Part shown: piece after piece, positions 48,470-64,000 of the stretch
How positions within the stretch are numbered: position 1 is the stretch's first letter
Layout of the letters: the number at the start of each line of letters is the position of its first letter
Source of the DNA: Tubulanus polymorphus
Taxonomy: Eukaryota; Animalia; Nemertea
Reading direction: 5' to 3'
DNA length: 64,000 nucleotides
Assembly: GCF_964204645.1 (NCBI RefSeq)
Contig: NC_134026.1
Location: forward strand, 16,030,150 to 16,094,149
The notes under the pieces: model-generated
Told to the model about the DNA's origin: nothing
Databases searched by the model: none
Seen by the model: only the letters and a program-made list of their open reading frames with translations
Position numbers and translations under genes: made by a program

Positions 48470-51400
48470 TGTAATATAACAATTGGACAATGGAACGTAT
48501 ATGGCTGGACGGAAACAGAAAATCACGCCGCAAATCTTCTTCGCTCAGATATCATAGAGAAAAACTCAATCTAGATATATTGATACTTAACGAAACACTA
48601 ATGAACGAGAAGGTGATAACGCTGACAGGATATACTTGGTACGGTCATAATCGTAAAGAAATACACAAGAAAGTACTGCGAGACTCCGGAGAGGTAGGAA
48701 TACTAGTTAAAAACTCAGTACTAAACAGGTTTGAACCGCAAGTACTTGATCGTTCATATGAAGATGTAATGTGGATGCGATTTTGTAACCAAGAAGATAA
48801 TTCAACATTTACACTCTGCGCGACATACTTGCCACCGGAAAGATCGTCACGGGACAGTAAAGCTCAAGAGTTCTACGACACGCTCACGACGCAAATGTAC
48901 TACTACTGGAATAACGATATACTCATAATTGCAGGTGACTTAAACGGAAGAATTGGTAGTAAAAAAGACCACGAAGAACAAAACCTCCCCGAAAGAATAA
49001 ATGTAGATGAAACACACAATAAATTCGGTGACTTTCTCCTATCATTCGTGCAGGACACCAATCTTTGTGTATTAAACGGGCGCTTTGAATCGGAACACGA
49101 TAATTACACATGCGTGTCATCGAAAGGTCGATCGGTAGTGGATTACCTCTTAACACTGATCAGCTGTTTTGATAAAATCGAAAACTTTAAAGTGCATACT
49201 ATCTCCGATCTCGCAAATATATCCACCTACGGTGCAAACTGTCGGATACCCGATCACTCTATATTATGCTGCACGATCAAACATTCAGAATATATAGATG
49301 GCTGTAAATTCTCTCGAAAAACCCCGCAACGTGAACGCGATACAAGAAAAGAGCGAAAATATTCACCAAACGGAGCGCAGTTAAATTTCCTATTGAATGA
49401 TCGTAGACGTCGCGCCATTATCGCTATATGCAACAATAAAATCAAATCACGCTCAACACAGAAGACATAGACGAATCGTATATGGAATTAATACGAGAAC
49501 TTCAGAATGAAATGGATGTCTCGATACCTTATAAAGACTTAAAAACTAACTTTCATCGTAACAACCATAGAAATAAAAGAAAAACCGTGGTGGAACAATG
49601 ACTTGAAATCATTATGGACGCGATGCAAAACTCGAGAACGCGAATATCTACGACACAAAGGTCCTCGTAGAGACCAATATCTAAACGCGTTTAAAAAAGC
49701 CCGAAATGAATTCGATCGCGAATATCGTAATGCCGAACGGCGTTATCATAGTGGCAAAATGTCGGATCGGATATAGAACTACTTCAAACAAACAACCCAA
49801 AACTGTTTTGGGGTGAAATCAAACAACTAGGCCCTAATAGCGGAAAAAACTCGAGAATATCATCTGTTAAACTGGACGACGGAAGTACCTCATCCGAAAA
49901 AGATACCACCTTAGAAAAATGGAAGAGCGAATGGGACAACTTATACAATAAACAAAATCACGAATTTAACGATACGTTCTTTAACGAGATACAACGGGAA
50001 TGGTCGAACATTCGATCGGACAATACACCAAACGCTGAACCCAATAATGCAGAACTGAATGAACCGATAAAACGAATTGAAATTGTCAAAGCTTTTTGTA
50101 AATTACAGAATGGAAAAGCAACCGGTTCTGATAAGATACCAAACGAAATTCTAAAAAGCCCGCACTTAACGAATATTCAACATGCACTCTTCTATAAGAT
50201 ATTCAGTTATGGGAAAGTGCCAACATCGTGGAACGAAAGTATTATTCATCCGATACATAAACAAGGAAAGGACCCCGAAAATCCGTTGAACTATAGACCG
50301 ATCAGCCTGAACTCAACAATAGGAAAACTATTCAGCAGCGTACTGAATAACCGTTTAACCCAATATTGCGAGAAATACGACCTAGTATGCGACGAGCAGA
50401 ACGGCTTTCGACCTAATCGCAGTTGCCTTGACCACCTATTTAGCCTCACTTGTATCGTAAGAAATCGTAAATTAGTTAAAAAACCAAGGTTTGTGTGCTA
50501 TGTTGACTTTTCGAAAGCGTTCGATTCTGTAAATAGAACTTTATTATTGTATAAACTACACCGTCAAGGAATTAGAGGTAACTTTCTCAAGATTATCGAA
50601 GCCATGTGTACAAACACTAGCGCGCGTATTCGAATTAACGGACACTATACCGATGAATTTAAAACAACTCAAGGAGTCAGACAAGGAGTAATATATCGCC
50701 TACGCTGTTTAATATCTTTATTAACGATTTATCATCAGAAATCAAAAGCTTAGACCTTGGGATAGAAATAGATGGTATAAAAGTGTCGATTCTGTTATAT
50801 GCCGATGACATTGTTTTAATCAGCGATAGTGAGGATTCGTTACAGCGCATGATAAATGTATTACATAATTGGTGCGATAAATGGCGTATGGCCGTGAACA
50901 CCGATAAGACAAAAGTGATGCACTTCCGAAATAAGACATCGCCCGAAACTAATTTCAACTTTAGATATGGACTCGAACCACTAGAAATTGTTCACAACTA
51001 CCGCTATTTAGGTCTCGATTTTAACTCGGAATTGGACTTCGCCCATACTGCGAATGCGTTGAGTAAGGCTGCGAGTAAAATTTTAGCAGGAATTTTAGCG
51101 AAACATTTCTCTACTAATGGACTCCCGTATGCGGTTTAAACTAAACTTTATAATGCGACAGTGGTTCCTGTTCTGGATTACGGTGCCGGTGTATGGGGAC
51201 TCAAACCATGGCGAGTGGCAGAAAATGTTCAGTACAGAGCAATGAGATCTTATCTAGGTGTAGGAAAATATTCCGCACTTGTGACACTGGAGGGTGATAT
51301 GGGATGGACTCCCGTCAAAATCAGCCACCAACTTGAAACTTTGAGATTGTGGTTCCGTTTGTGTAACTTACCAGTTTATAGACTTACTAGGAAAATATTT

Positions 51401-52014
51401 CTTTGGGACTATCATTTATCGTTAACAAGAAATACCTGGTGTAAGGACGTAAGTTCAATTATGTATAAATTAAATATAGCTCAATACTACGAACATATAG
51501 GAAATGATATACTACGCAATTCTACGATTAAGGAAACTATTTTGTACTGTAAAACCAAATGTTTATCACTTTACCAAACTGAATGGCTTAGAACTGTTAC
51601 CTCACTTCCCAAACTTACAACCAAAACACTTTCAAATTTGATTTTAAAACTGATGATTATGTAAAAGCTCCACTGTCAAGAATGAACAGATCTAACATTG
51701 CACGCATGAGAAATGGAACGTTTCCTATTAATATTGAACTAGGCAGATACCGAAATATCCCAATTAATTATAGACTCTGTGAATCATGCAACCAAAGAGA
51801 AATAGAAACAGAAGAACACTTTCTACTTTATTTTAATCGTTACTCGGATGAACGAGCTGATTTATTTAATAGAATTAATGTAAAGTTGAATATCGATATT
51901 TTAGACCTACCTGTATCAAATAGAATCTCTCTACTCCTAAATGAAGGTAAACTCTGTAAATTAGTCGCTAACTTTATAAATACAGCCCTACAACTGCGCA
52001 ATGCCGTCATTTAG
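48470..52014 (+). pseudogene. LINE ORF2: APE endonuclease, reverse transcriptase, C-terminal Zn knuckle
   Basis: WNVYG, LNET, GDLNGR, SVVDY, PDH; NYRPISL, QNGFR, DFSKAFDSV, GVRQG, LYADD; IELGRY...CESC...ETEEHFL; several frameshifts and a stop at 51137-51139. Confidence 0.92.
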
Positions 52015-52112
52015 AATAACACGTACTATCTACTTCTACTTATTTGCATATCGTGTCTCGTTAGCCTCTAAGAGGCTGGCTTTGTAAAAAAGGTGACACG
52101 TAAATAAAGAAA

Positions 52113-52658
<546 letters not shown>

Positions 52659-53259
52659 TTTACGCGATTTCTCTAATTAGCCGTGCGTATAGTTCACATA
52701 CCACCCGCCGTGGCGCTATGTATGATGTTATTTTATTTGGGAAATGGTTTAAATGCTCTTATGACAATCAACACAGGCACGTGCGCGCACTAGTACGCGT
52801 AGCCTATGTATAATCGATGGAATAAACATCAGTTGCTCACAGACAACATTTACAGACTGACAGCACCATTCACTAATATACGTTCATACACAACAGACAG
52901 TAGCAACAGTATACAATGGTAAGAGTTCAAAATTCAGACACTTCTAAAATGATTAAATACCCTATGAAATGTCTAGTGAAATGACTGGAAGCAGTAAGCG
53001 CTTGTCATCGATGACGTCAGAAACGCGTACCTGCTAACATAAACAATAACAGTGAGCACGTGCTGAAATTACCGATTTAAAAGTCGAATTTGATATTTGT
53101 GAATATATCACATATTGAAAATAACTTACACGATTTTCTATTTTGATAGCATGCTCTTTTGATATACACTGTTCCTCAATCAGGTCCCAGGACTTGTCCT
53201 CGACTGAACTAAAATGACCGCTTCCCCGTTCTCAACTAACTGCCATGCTTACCAGACAA

Positions 53260-53437
53260 CAGTGCAACCTTGTTATAGAGAACTCGGATACAACGATTCA
53301 TCGAATATAGAATTTTGTCCCAAGTGAGACAATTTGTTTGATTTCACTGGATATAACGAACTATCGGTTATACATATCATATATGTAACGAACGTATATT
53401 CTGGTCCCGTGGAATTCGCTGTAATGAGGCTGCAGTG
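53260..53437. mobile_element. Tc1/mariner (pogo/Tigger-like) MITE
   Basis: CAGTGCAACCTTGTTATA... / ...TGTAATGAGGCTGCAGTG|TA imperfect TIRs; internal repeated GGATATAACG-type motifs. Confidence 0.6.
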
Positions 53438-54908
53438 TACTAGAATTACCAGGTCTGATATAATGTAGGCCAAGGATACAGTGACCAATAGCTTCAAAAT
53501 ATATTGGCGGGGTAAGGCAGATGCCATTTAAGGACCACGACTCAAGGATTCCATTCCACGACTTTCTAGGACCGATGAACCCTGAAATGGTTAAAGATTG
53601 TTTGCACCACTTGACCAGATGACTGAATATACAAGACCATATCATGTGATACGATATTCTTCCTACTCGAGGTTAAGAAAAACAAAGAAAGTATGCAATA
53701 CATGTATAAAAATTGATCTATTCACAAGAAAAAACAAATAATATAGCTTTATTAAACAGAATATAAAATCGAATATCATCACAAACATAAACGCTTAAAA
53801 CATACATCCCGTTATTTGGGTAAGCACATTATGTAAGACAGATCTCAAATATCTCATTCCAAAAGTGTGAGAAAAACCTTCGTAACAATAGAAAATTTTT
53901 ACACCTTATTGCCATGTAAACTCTTCTTAAGCAAATCAAGTCATTCTTGTCACCTATAGTCATTTAATATTGATTTAAAAGACAATAAACATTAATTGAT
54001 TGATCGATTGAATGAGATTTTTTCTGTTCTCTCTACTTCCTCATCTTCTCAAAAACTTTTCCTGGCTCTGCTGGCGAGATGTTTCCATGCTTTTACTGTT
54101 GATCACGTTTTTTCCTATAAACTTGCTTTTCGTTACCCCATTTGGTCCTTAATTGAAGCCATGTAATAATCATAACCTTGCGTTTTCATCTTCTCTGCCA
54201 TGTCCTGCCGCAGAGCTTTCGTTTTTGTGTTGCTGTCACTGAATTTGTGTCACTGAGTGTTTTATGGTGTTCTATCAGGAGTTAAAACAAAACATATTCT
54301 GTAATGAATAATTCTTTAAAGTAGTTGTGTCATCACGCGAAGTAAAACATTAAATCAGTTTTTTTTTTTACTTCAAGCGAGGTCACAGGTCTACCATAGA
54401 CAATGGGGCCACACGACTAACAAATGTAACTCGTGCACTAATAGACCGAAATGCTCACACTTGTATTAACATTGAAATACTGACAAAAACTAAATGAAAT
54501 TTGAAACGAAAATCCTAAATTAAAAAATAATCGAACAACGGGCCAATATGAAATTTTTCTATCGTTCCTCTAGCCGTACAGAAAAATTTTTTAGTATGGC
54601 CTGATCTAACGTGAATTTTACCATATTCCCGTCAATAAGTAACGATAATTCATATCACTGCACTTCTCCGGAGAGCGGCATCTTGGTTGGATTAGAATCG
54701 GCATTTTGCTCGCTGAGCGGGTGGATATGCTCATCGATGAACCAATGTTCATAAAATGACGGATTATGGTGGCCTTTTCAATGCCATTAAATTAGGGCCC
54801 ATAGTGTCTAGAAGGCGCGAGAAGAGTGGTAGCTGCTCCAGAGGGTTAAGGTTAGGATTCGGGTGGCTTAGTAGTTAAAAAGCTGAGGTGTCCGGGTTGC
54901 TGCTTCGG

Positions 54909-54967
54909 TGGCACAGTGGTTAGAATACTACCGTAGACCTGTATTCTTGTGCGTGCGTTCGAATTCC
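54909..54967 (+). other. tRNA-like Pol III A/B-box segment (repeat-derived, not a functional tRNA)
   Basis: TGGCACAGTGG (A box) ... GTTCGAATTCC (B box); the same arrangement occurs on the minus strand at 1760-1821. Confidence 0.45.
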
Positions 54968-57900
54968 AATTTCTGAATTTTTATATAAGATACTATTTGT
55001 CTCACGGAGTGGTTTTAGCTATTCCCGATAGGTGGCAACAGAGAATGATTAAAACCGATAACGCAATGAAGATCACCTTTCGTCACCTTTCGTTTTTTCC
55101 GATACATTATATTCGAGGAAAATTTAATCGATTTAGCTTACCGGGACTGCATTATTTATACGATATAAGTGATAGAAATACGGGCGCTATACTCCAGTAC
55201 GACATTAAAGTCAGCGCGTTTAGAGTTACACCTTCTTCGGTTAGTGTTAACAGCAGTCGACAATAGATCACCGAAACCAAGAAATTATACTCCAACAAAA
55301 TCTTCATATTTGGAGTCCTAACAATATACTTATACACCTGTACGCAAGCGGATAAATTCAGTTCAACATAGTCACAATCGACACCATTAGCGTATTCTAT
55401 TTATTAAGCCAAATGCCATTTGTTAGTTTCACTTATGTATTCTGACTTTGACACTTGGGGTATGTTATGATTTAGATCGAACCGGGATGACGGTCTATCA
55501 ATGCGTATAGAACTGTCTCACCAATTCTGTTCCATATCATCACATACGCATTAGTTTACTGTTTCTGATGTTTGAATCGTAAACTCAGTCCCATTGCCGT
55601 TATAGCTGCAAAGCTGCCTCCGTTTTGGCCTCAGGATAGCAAGCTCAGTCTATTTGCGCGCAATCGCGACTGGAAGGTTGCCTCTTGACATCAGTCTCAT
55701 TAAAACTACCAACAACTACTAACAACATTAACTTTAATAAATTATTTGACGCCTGCGAAAAAATGAAGAATTTCTGGGATAAGCTAATGTGGAATTGCAA
55801 ATTTGAAATCGAAGTTTTAAGAAATTTGGGGTATTATGAGATTTGGCGATTGGGTAGATGATACAGTCTTCGACTGGTCTAATTAAAAAAAAATTGTCAA
55901 CTTGTGACCGACTTCGATTCACTTTTGCCTCTAAGCTGGTCTGCAACTTAATTGCCTCCATGGTTGAACAAAGAGCTCTTCTGATGTCTGCTTCATCATG
56001 ACTTCGAGCATATCGTGTAGCCAGCCGGCCCGGTCCCGGGACCCGGTTTGGCTGTCAATCGATATCCTAAACTTGAGTCTGGGTTGAAGTAGACATTGTC
56101 ATTTAAATAACTTATTCATGTTATTCTGTATGAATTACCCGTGTGTCTTGTATTTTGTATTTTCTTATTTTAAAATTTGTAACTTTATTGAATTTTGGAA
56201 TTTTATCCCTGAATTTCAATGTAATAAGGATCAATAAAGTATTGAATTGAATTGTCATCTTATACACATGCCATCAGTGGACGCGGAGCCGTATATGACA
56301 GCTATGCTATCATAAATTGCTAATCTCATGAAACCTGCATACCCCTAATATCGAACATATTTTCTAAAGCATTTGAATATTGAAATTATATGTTTACACG
56401 TTTTTATATTGACCGCTTGTAGCCGCCGATGAATATCATGCCGGCCCTACTCAGATCGTAGATAGCTTCGTCATTCCACTAGCATCCCCATGTCAGGGTC
56501 TGACTTTTATATCGGACTTCCAAATCGTGTATACATCCGCCATTTAACCGAATAATCCGATTTACTTATCATTTCTATTTATGCCTGCCGCTCCTGATAT
56601 AATCATAAAGTCATCCTTTACTATTACAATACGTCTTCTCATGATATTCAATGCAATATAACATTTCGACGTTTAAATAGAGGTCATTATATAATCACAG
56701 GGAGCCATTCTACATCTTTATCAATAATATTTTGCCAAATAGCTTGTACGTGTACTAATAAACCTGACGTGACGTTTTGCACATCGATTTACGGTTGTCG
56801 TTTGTAAAATGACGCTGAATGGTTAACATTGTTTAGGTTTCATATTGGTTACGTTTTATAAGACGTCAAAAACCTTATTGTGACAACGTAAATAAAACCC
56901 GATCATCAAGACTGTACACGTACGTGTACTAACATGTATGTAGTAAACACACGCCTGTGCCGCTGTCTTACATAGCACTGTTCTTTCGATTGCGACGCAC
57001 CCACGGACCTAACTACATACATAAACTGCTCCCCGTGTAAACCTTTCTTTTTTAGACAAACTCAGCACCAGCTGTGAAGTACCAACTGCGCACCCATCGA
57101 CTGAGAAACCCATCCCCATCGGAGCTGCACCGTTGATGTCATACAACTACACTTCGTATACCAGGACCATACTCTCATCTGGAAAATTTGCGTTTCGAAA
57201 TGTGCTTCCTTTTATCTAGTCAACACGCGGGACAATCAACTTAGTGAACGTTTACACCAACATCTACCAGAGAAAAACTTACAATAAACTATCGGACTAT
57301 TTACACGTAGAAAACAACCAAAAAATATAAAAAGAATGGACAAAATGATCTTTAACCTTGTTACATAGCTAGCTACTTCCAAAATTTCGATGTTTAAGCC
57401 AGCTAAAAAACATTTACCACCAATCAGTCGCTTGCCGGTTCAGCCTGGTTGGAAGATTGTTTGAATGAGCCGGAACCGAATTTCCCAATTATGCAGTTTG
57501 ATTACAAAAGATTCTTTAAATTCTACCGCCGATCACACAACTATATCTGTATTTCGATTTCCGATTTCAAAATCAAACCCCCTGTTTCGCTCCCGACAGG
57601 TGTGGTAGGTCTGTAAGGACAGGTGTGGTAGGTCAACCAAATAAATAACGGGGTCAATCCCTATTTTATGATTAAAAAAGAAACAGCGGTTGACCGTTGA
57701 CACTCGACAGCTAGAGTAAACTATAAAAAGAGATGGCAACCTGTCGGCCCGTCAACCAGAAGTGAGTATTGACAGTTATTTCACATCCCTTTTACTGCCA
57801 TTTTGTTCTTAATTTTCATAGTTTTTCATAAATCCATTGTACGTACATATACTTAATGGCGGAGGATTTGGATGATATGGATATTTCGAAACACAAAAAG

Positions 57901-60738
57901 CACTTATACATTATTCTATATTATATATCATTATATAGATATAATCTAGATAACTATACAAATTGTTTTGAGGTTTTTTGGAAGACACATCACGGTTATT
58001 GTGTGGAGTGTTCAATGTTGATGTGACAATTCTTTGGTCTTTGTTAACGTTGGGCAGGATTTTAGCACAGTTTAAAATGTGAATGTAAAATTATGTAACG
58101 TATGTATGGTATGTAAAATTGGTATTAAATGGTATTGGTATAAAATTGTATGGTATTATGTATGGTATGTAAAATTATGATGAGGCATTCAATTTAGTAA
58201 AAGAAAATCACAACTAAATGTTATAAAAAAACATCGCGCATCAGCCATATCGCTACCACGATGTCTGTGTGAGGAGTGGTGAATTTTTCTATCAAACTAA
58301 AGTATAACCCCTAAATGAAAATAGATGATACTTTTTACAATTATATCTTGGAATACATACACATAGATGTTTTATCATTACTCTATCGTTAAAATCATAT
58401 TTCTTCATAGAAATTTTCAAAACTACAATGTCATGTTTGAAACATGTAGCATGAATGTTGCTTGCTAAGTCACAGAATAATGTCATTTTATACACGTAGC
58501 TTGGTAGAAGCCACAGATTATCCAAAGTGGATTTATATATCTTAAGGTATCGACGTCACCCTCATCACCATCAAACGTTTCATTCTGCGCGCTCACGCAG
58601 CTATAGCTACCGTCAACGAACGTTCCACTTCTTTGAGAAAGGAAACGATTTTATCGTATATTTCAACTGGATTCATTTAAATCGATATGATCTCATTGAA
58701 ACATAATGAGACATGTTGATGTGATCTTGAAAATATAAAAATGAGTTGTTTGCGCATAGCATTGGTGAACTATGAATTTGAAGTGATATACGGGCTTCGT
58801 GATTCCACTTGAAAGTGAATATTAACTACACTCACTGGCTTGCGCTTTGTTCTTTTGAGAAGAATATAAAGATGCGTTACTAATATCAAATGAAATAAGA
58901 TGAGAAAGACAAGGTGTCATCGCATATCGCTGTATCTCATGATTCCTCGGTAGAGTTACGGTTGCTATACGGACATCGTTAGTCTTCTAAAATAAGACAG
59001 GTGTCCCTCTTCCTCGTTTTACTGAACCAACAAACCCTATGTACATCGCAATCAATTAAAACTAGGCGAATTCTATGTACGTAGTATATATAAAAATGCA
59101 CAAAATTGACGAACAATAACTAAAATGTCTGTACGACTGACGTTTCGGTTAGATTGCTTCTATTCACCTCCAGAGATTTATTTAAAAAAACAAGTTTTTT
59201 CAATTCATTTTCAAATGAATTTCTAAAGATGAATAAAAGTAATCTTATATGAAACCGATTCGTCATCAGTTGTTGTTCACGCTAGTATTCTGACAGAGAA
59301 GCATGATCGTATCGTAACGGCTCTGGTACTATGGCCTCGATCGTGGCATTGACCCCTGCCTCTTACAGTTAGGTCAAAATATACGTGCAGCTCCGCCTGG
59401 ATCTGAATGTCAATTGTAAATTTCTTCCGTGCGTTAAGTCCAGTTACAAGTTTCACAGATCTAATCCCTGTACAAATGCGGACCGGGTGCACCCTCCAAT
59501 GCCGATAGGATAGTAAGATATTTTCCTAATGGCCTACGTTATTTTCTAATAAATGAGAAGATAAACGACTTAAATTTCAGTAATCAGCAAGACGATCCAT
59601 GATCTGAGTTCAATATAAAATCTGCGTTTTATTCTTAGTCTTTTGGCGAAAAAAGTTTGATTTCAGATCAAGATGCGTCTGCGATACAATTGCAGGGAAA
59701 GGAATTACACCTACCGAATGTATTTGTTCATTGAATGTGTTACAACTATGATTAATAGATGGTGCGTATTCATCTCACCATTACGCACTAAAATGTGTAG
59801 TTGTATTATCAATTCTCAAATTTGGATTTCAGGGCTTGCTTTGTTAGCCTGGTATGATACATGATTGTTCCATATTACGCTGTTGTGATCCGCGTTGATT
59901 TGCGTCGGCCCACCTGCGCGATTAAAAAGAATGCGCGTAAATCTTTGACTTTCGCGCGCTTTCATACTTCTGAAATAGTTTCAATATGGCGCCATCAAGC
60001 GGCGGATAAAAAGAGCGCTCCAGTTAAACCAAACAATTTTCAGACGCTCCAATCACGATGGTGTGGACAGGTAGCAGTATGATGTGCTTATGACTTATTC
60101 TAAATGCATACATTTTTCCTCTCCTTTCAAGCACCTTTTTTCTTTATTTTCTTATAAATAACGCGGTAATTGCTGAGAAGTAGACGTGTACATTGTGTTT
60201 TCAGCTTCGTTTTGAGCGAAGCGAGTGCCAGGCTGATGTTCCAACTTAGTCCACCTGGCTGACAAGTGTGATTTTCTTTATACTACTATAAAAGATTGTG
60301 ACAATTTATTAACATTTGCGCTTATTTGCATTAAAAGACCATTTGATAGCTTTGTTGTGATGACGGAACCAAGTGTCTCCTCTGCAGTCGACGCTAGTCA
60401 GCACAGCTGCCTGATGCTTTGCAGGCGCTTTTGATTCAGACCTTTAATTTTTTCATGCCAAAAAGTCTGCCATAAACGTTTGAAGCCTTTCAAACCACAT
60501 TTCAACTTGAGGAAAACTGATCTGCCGTATCCATGACAAGACGGTGTTTCTGGAATGGCATGTGCTGCCACACACAACTGTGCGTATTCAGTCGCCATCG
60601 TGTTGTGTAGCATCTGACATCCTTCACAAAAAAAACTTCTTAATGAGCGAAATATTTGCATTAAACATAGCTAATGGTTAACATTAAAAATCACCTTGCG
60701 ATGTTTTGTTTAAAGGGCCTGTTCGTTATATCAAATAT

Positions 60739-60891
<153 letters not shown>

Positions 60892-62349
60892 GTCTATTGC
60901 TCACTTTGATGTATAATCAACTAAGGAAACCGTGGATGTCTAATCTGCACATCCATGGAGCAATTCTACATGCTCGCCTATGGCAGTTGCAGCGAGGTGT
61001 TTTGACAGTTTTGTGATCCACCAGGAGAACATCAGTGCAATGGGAATTGTAGAATAGTTAACATCGAAAGCTGAATCTCATATCACTTGGATTAGATCGA
61101 CATTTTTAATCTCTACAGAGGGGCTACGCAATCTGAAAAATTTAACCGGAAACTGAATTTCAAACAGCAGTGCAATTTCTTGATTTCGTCGTGAATCATA
61201 ATACTATAGCAATTACATTTTTGCACAAGGGACCTTCTCTTGATCAATGATACGTTATCTGGATTTAAAACGTTCGGGGATACTTTATTTGAACTGTAGA
61301 ATTTTGCTATTCCTCTAGACGAACATGCATTATAATGATTGTGAATTCGTTATATCATTCGTTCTACAGTATGATTTTTCTTATTCAGGCCGATGCGAAG
61401 ATTTGCAATATGTTATACGTATTTAATAAATACACCGCACATACTTTTTAGCAATCGAACCGTTCAAGTACCTTCCACGGGCACGTATCCTAAGATTGTG
61501 TTGCGTTGTAAACATATATTTGCATTTCATATACATAGTTGCTTGAAAATCATCCTTAACTAATGTATATAAAGATTTGCAAGAATCTCAATCATTATAT
61601 TTTTCATGAATTTTGATGTAATGCTTTTAATCGTATGTACTTTATGCATTCCAATCTGCAGTATCGAGGGATTGTTACACATAATTTCGTTTCAGATATA
61701 TACATGATTGAGCATTTATTGATAAAGAGCAATTGCACATCGAGTACAATCCATCGTACTATGATAATGTGTGTCCATTGACGTAGCTATTTAGATATGC
61801 GGGACTCGTTGTTCGTTTATGACATGAAGTTTGTCCTTCCTGTTTGATTATATTTTAGAATAAGTTGATAATCGGCATAATTTTCCATAATTTTGGGAAT
61901 CGACATTACTCTCTAACTGGTATTTAATTCTTTTCAACGAAAATAGCAAATTAACTAAAATGATGCCGCATTTATCTGCACGTGGCTAACGACCGCGAGT
62001 CTATAGTTCTCGTGTGCTTACAGACGTATGTACACACTCCCAGTCAAGAACACGCCGACACGTGTCATTTTTGGGAAAACTGAAACTCGTTTTTGAAAAC
62101 ATAGTTCCGTGCCACATGCTTAGAATAATGCTTAGTAGCCAGTTAGACCCGGTCGAACCTCTAACTCCATATAAACACGAAACGAATAGAACGCTGAGAC
62201 TTTCTCAAAAATACAACTCAGTCAGCCATACTCGAATGAGACCGGGAATTAGGCTCGACATCGCACACCAGGTAGGGTGAAAATACTGCATACCGCCCCA
62301 AAAATGTACTTAAAACGTGTCCCCATTAATTATCAGAAGCTGACGATCA

Positions 62350-62650
62350 TGTTCAAATTGTATGTATTTAACCAATCATTGGGCCCACCTGACTTGCTTT
62401 TTTTTCATTAAGAAAAATAGCATATTTTCGTTGAAGTGTCCTGCGATCATTTCAGGGGAAATGGGAGCTCGGTACCCTTTCAAGCTAAAATATGCAATAT
62501 CTTCAAGGATGTCTCTTACCCACTATTTCTGGATTAAATTTTGTTTATCATTATTCGAATTTTCAAACATCTCTTGTATTACTTTCTTATGAGCAAAAGG
62601 AAACCTTTTTTTCTGAATAACAAATCTGAATCTGAATCTGAATCTGAATG
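62350..62650 (+). pseudogene. Possible decayed LINE 3' fragment with (AATCTG)n tail
   Basis: ISGEMGARYPF resembles the GELGRYPL motif of RTE-X ORF2; ends AATAACA(AATCTG)4. Confidence 0.3.
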
Positions 62651-64000
62651 TAGAGGCTACAGTCGGCAAATATAATGAATATACATAAAATCCATGACGC
62701 CAATCTAGGCGATTTAGGCATTTGACATCAATTGCAAAAGTTTTGGAAATCAAACAATTTTGTGCTATCGCGCGGTTCATTGTTGAGTGCCACACGCGCC
62801 TTCTCGTCCGTTGGTCACAAGTGAAATAAATGTACATAATCAATGGCGACATATGAAGTAGAAAGCCAATATATATAATACAAAAGTCCACATCAGTTGA
62901 AAATTACAAATTTAATATACAATTTAGTTTGGTCATTTGACAATTAATTACATATGAAATTATGAATGAAATAGGCATTTTGATATCATGTCCCATATAA
63001 TCGATTGTTAGTGTGCGAATTAATGTTCTCTCAACAATAAGAGTTATAGGGAAACCCCAATAAAACCGCTTGTGGAATGTACGTAATACACACCTGTTGA
63101 CCCACAGATGTCGTAACATCTACGCCAACGGTAAGGTGATGTTACGTAAGAGCATACGCAACTATCATTTTCCTCTCTGTTTGACAAAGTTTGGAATCGG
63201 ATGCAGATATAGGGTCTGATACATCGAGGAATGCACCCAGATTAGGGATTAGAATTAAAAGGACACGTAACCGCACATCGGAAACATCAATTTGAAATAT
63301 CTAATCGGAAACACAAAGAACAAGCTTTCAACGTAATTTCAGTGTTTTAGGGAATCAGTTTGATATCTTTTATTTTTGAAGTATGTGTTCATTCATTTCA
63401 AATGAATGCAGATTTAGCAGAAGGGTACCCGGAACGTCCGATTAATCAACATTTGTTATTAATCTCCAATATTGTCAGTCTGTTTTCTTCTGGTAGGCTT
63501 GTTTCTTCTGGTCTTGTTTCTGTCTTGTCACGCGTGTTTGTAAAAGCCGCGATCACGCATAATTAGAGACCGCTTTCATGCGCAAACCACTCACTCGATA
63601 TCAAACAAAGCTAGGTGCGAGTCACTTCCACAATCGATAGGCATTCACACGGAATTATATCTGACCCGTGCCAAAATTTGGCACGAGCCGAGTCCGATAT
63701 TTTTCGTCAGGGACTCAAGTGATAGCAAGTTATAGATCACAGGCTATTTTCACTGCCTCACGTACGTATAACCATGGACTATAAATCAAAGAGTCCATGG
63801 TTATACAGAATTGTGAGACAGCAGACATCAGGGACTCAGTTAATTACTCATCGATCCGTCAATTACGCATCAACCGTTACAATAACGCCGCTAACAATTC
63901 TTTTGATTAAATCTGACCATTCAGCTAATTTTTGCATCAATTTCCAGTACAGTCCAGTCAAATCTAATGGACCTCAATATGTATCGAAACGGAATGAGCA

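Larger units (their letters stand above)
47175..52116 (+). mobile_element. Near full-length RTE-X-like non-LTR retrotransposon (~4.9 kb)
   Basis: 5'UTR, intact ORF1, disrupted APE-RT-Zn knuckle ORF2, short structured 3'UTR with AATAAA, ending in (TA)n. Confidence 0.88.

Noticed and set aside
54905-54970. tRNA gene (also B-box-like motifs at ~1760, 7880, 38500, 43811)
   Set aside because: No convincing cloverleaf or acceptor stem; treated as repeat-derived Pol III boxes

Overview
Repeat-dense, AT-rich eukaryotic genomic DNA with no confidently identifiable host gene. The repeat spectrum suggests a marine invertebrate, but the taxon cannot be fixed from the sequence. The centrepiece is a ~13 kb decayed Polinton/Maverick-type endogenous dsDNA virus (15018-28070). 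It carries a retroviral-like integrase with a frameshifted chromodomain, an A32/FtsK packaging ATPase, a truncated double-jelly-roll major capsid protein, a minor capsid protein, several membrane-protein genes, and a protein-primed PolB with Zn-finger, vOTU-like and EndoVII-like modules. No TIRs and no adenain-like maturation protease were found, and almost every gene starts in a TAAATG context. Around it lie two RTE-X-like LINEs (one truncated at the virus junction, one near full length), CR1/L2 and L1/Tx1 RT fragments, Helentron-associated elements, a 31-bp palindromic minisatellite belonging to an IS3EU-like element, MULE-like elements with 9-bp TSDs, a solo LTR, several MITEs and (TA)n tracts. 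An unusual pair of oppositely oriented TIR elements is flanked on all four junctions by the same 9-mer, CCCCAGTGA. Family assignments come from motif recognition by eye, not from database searches.
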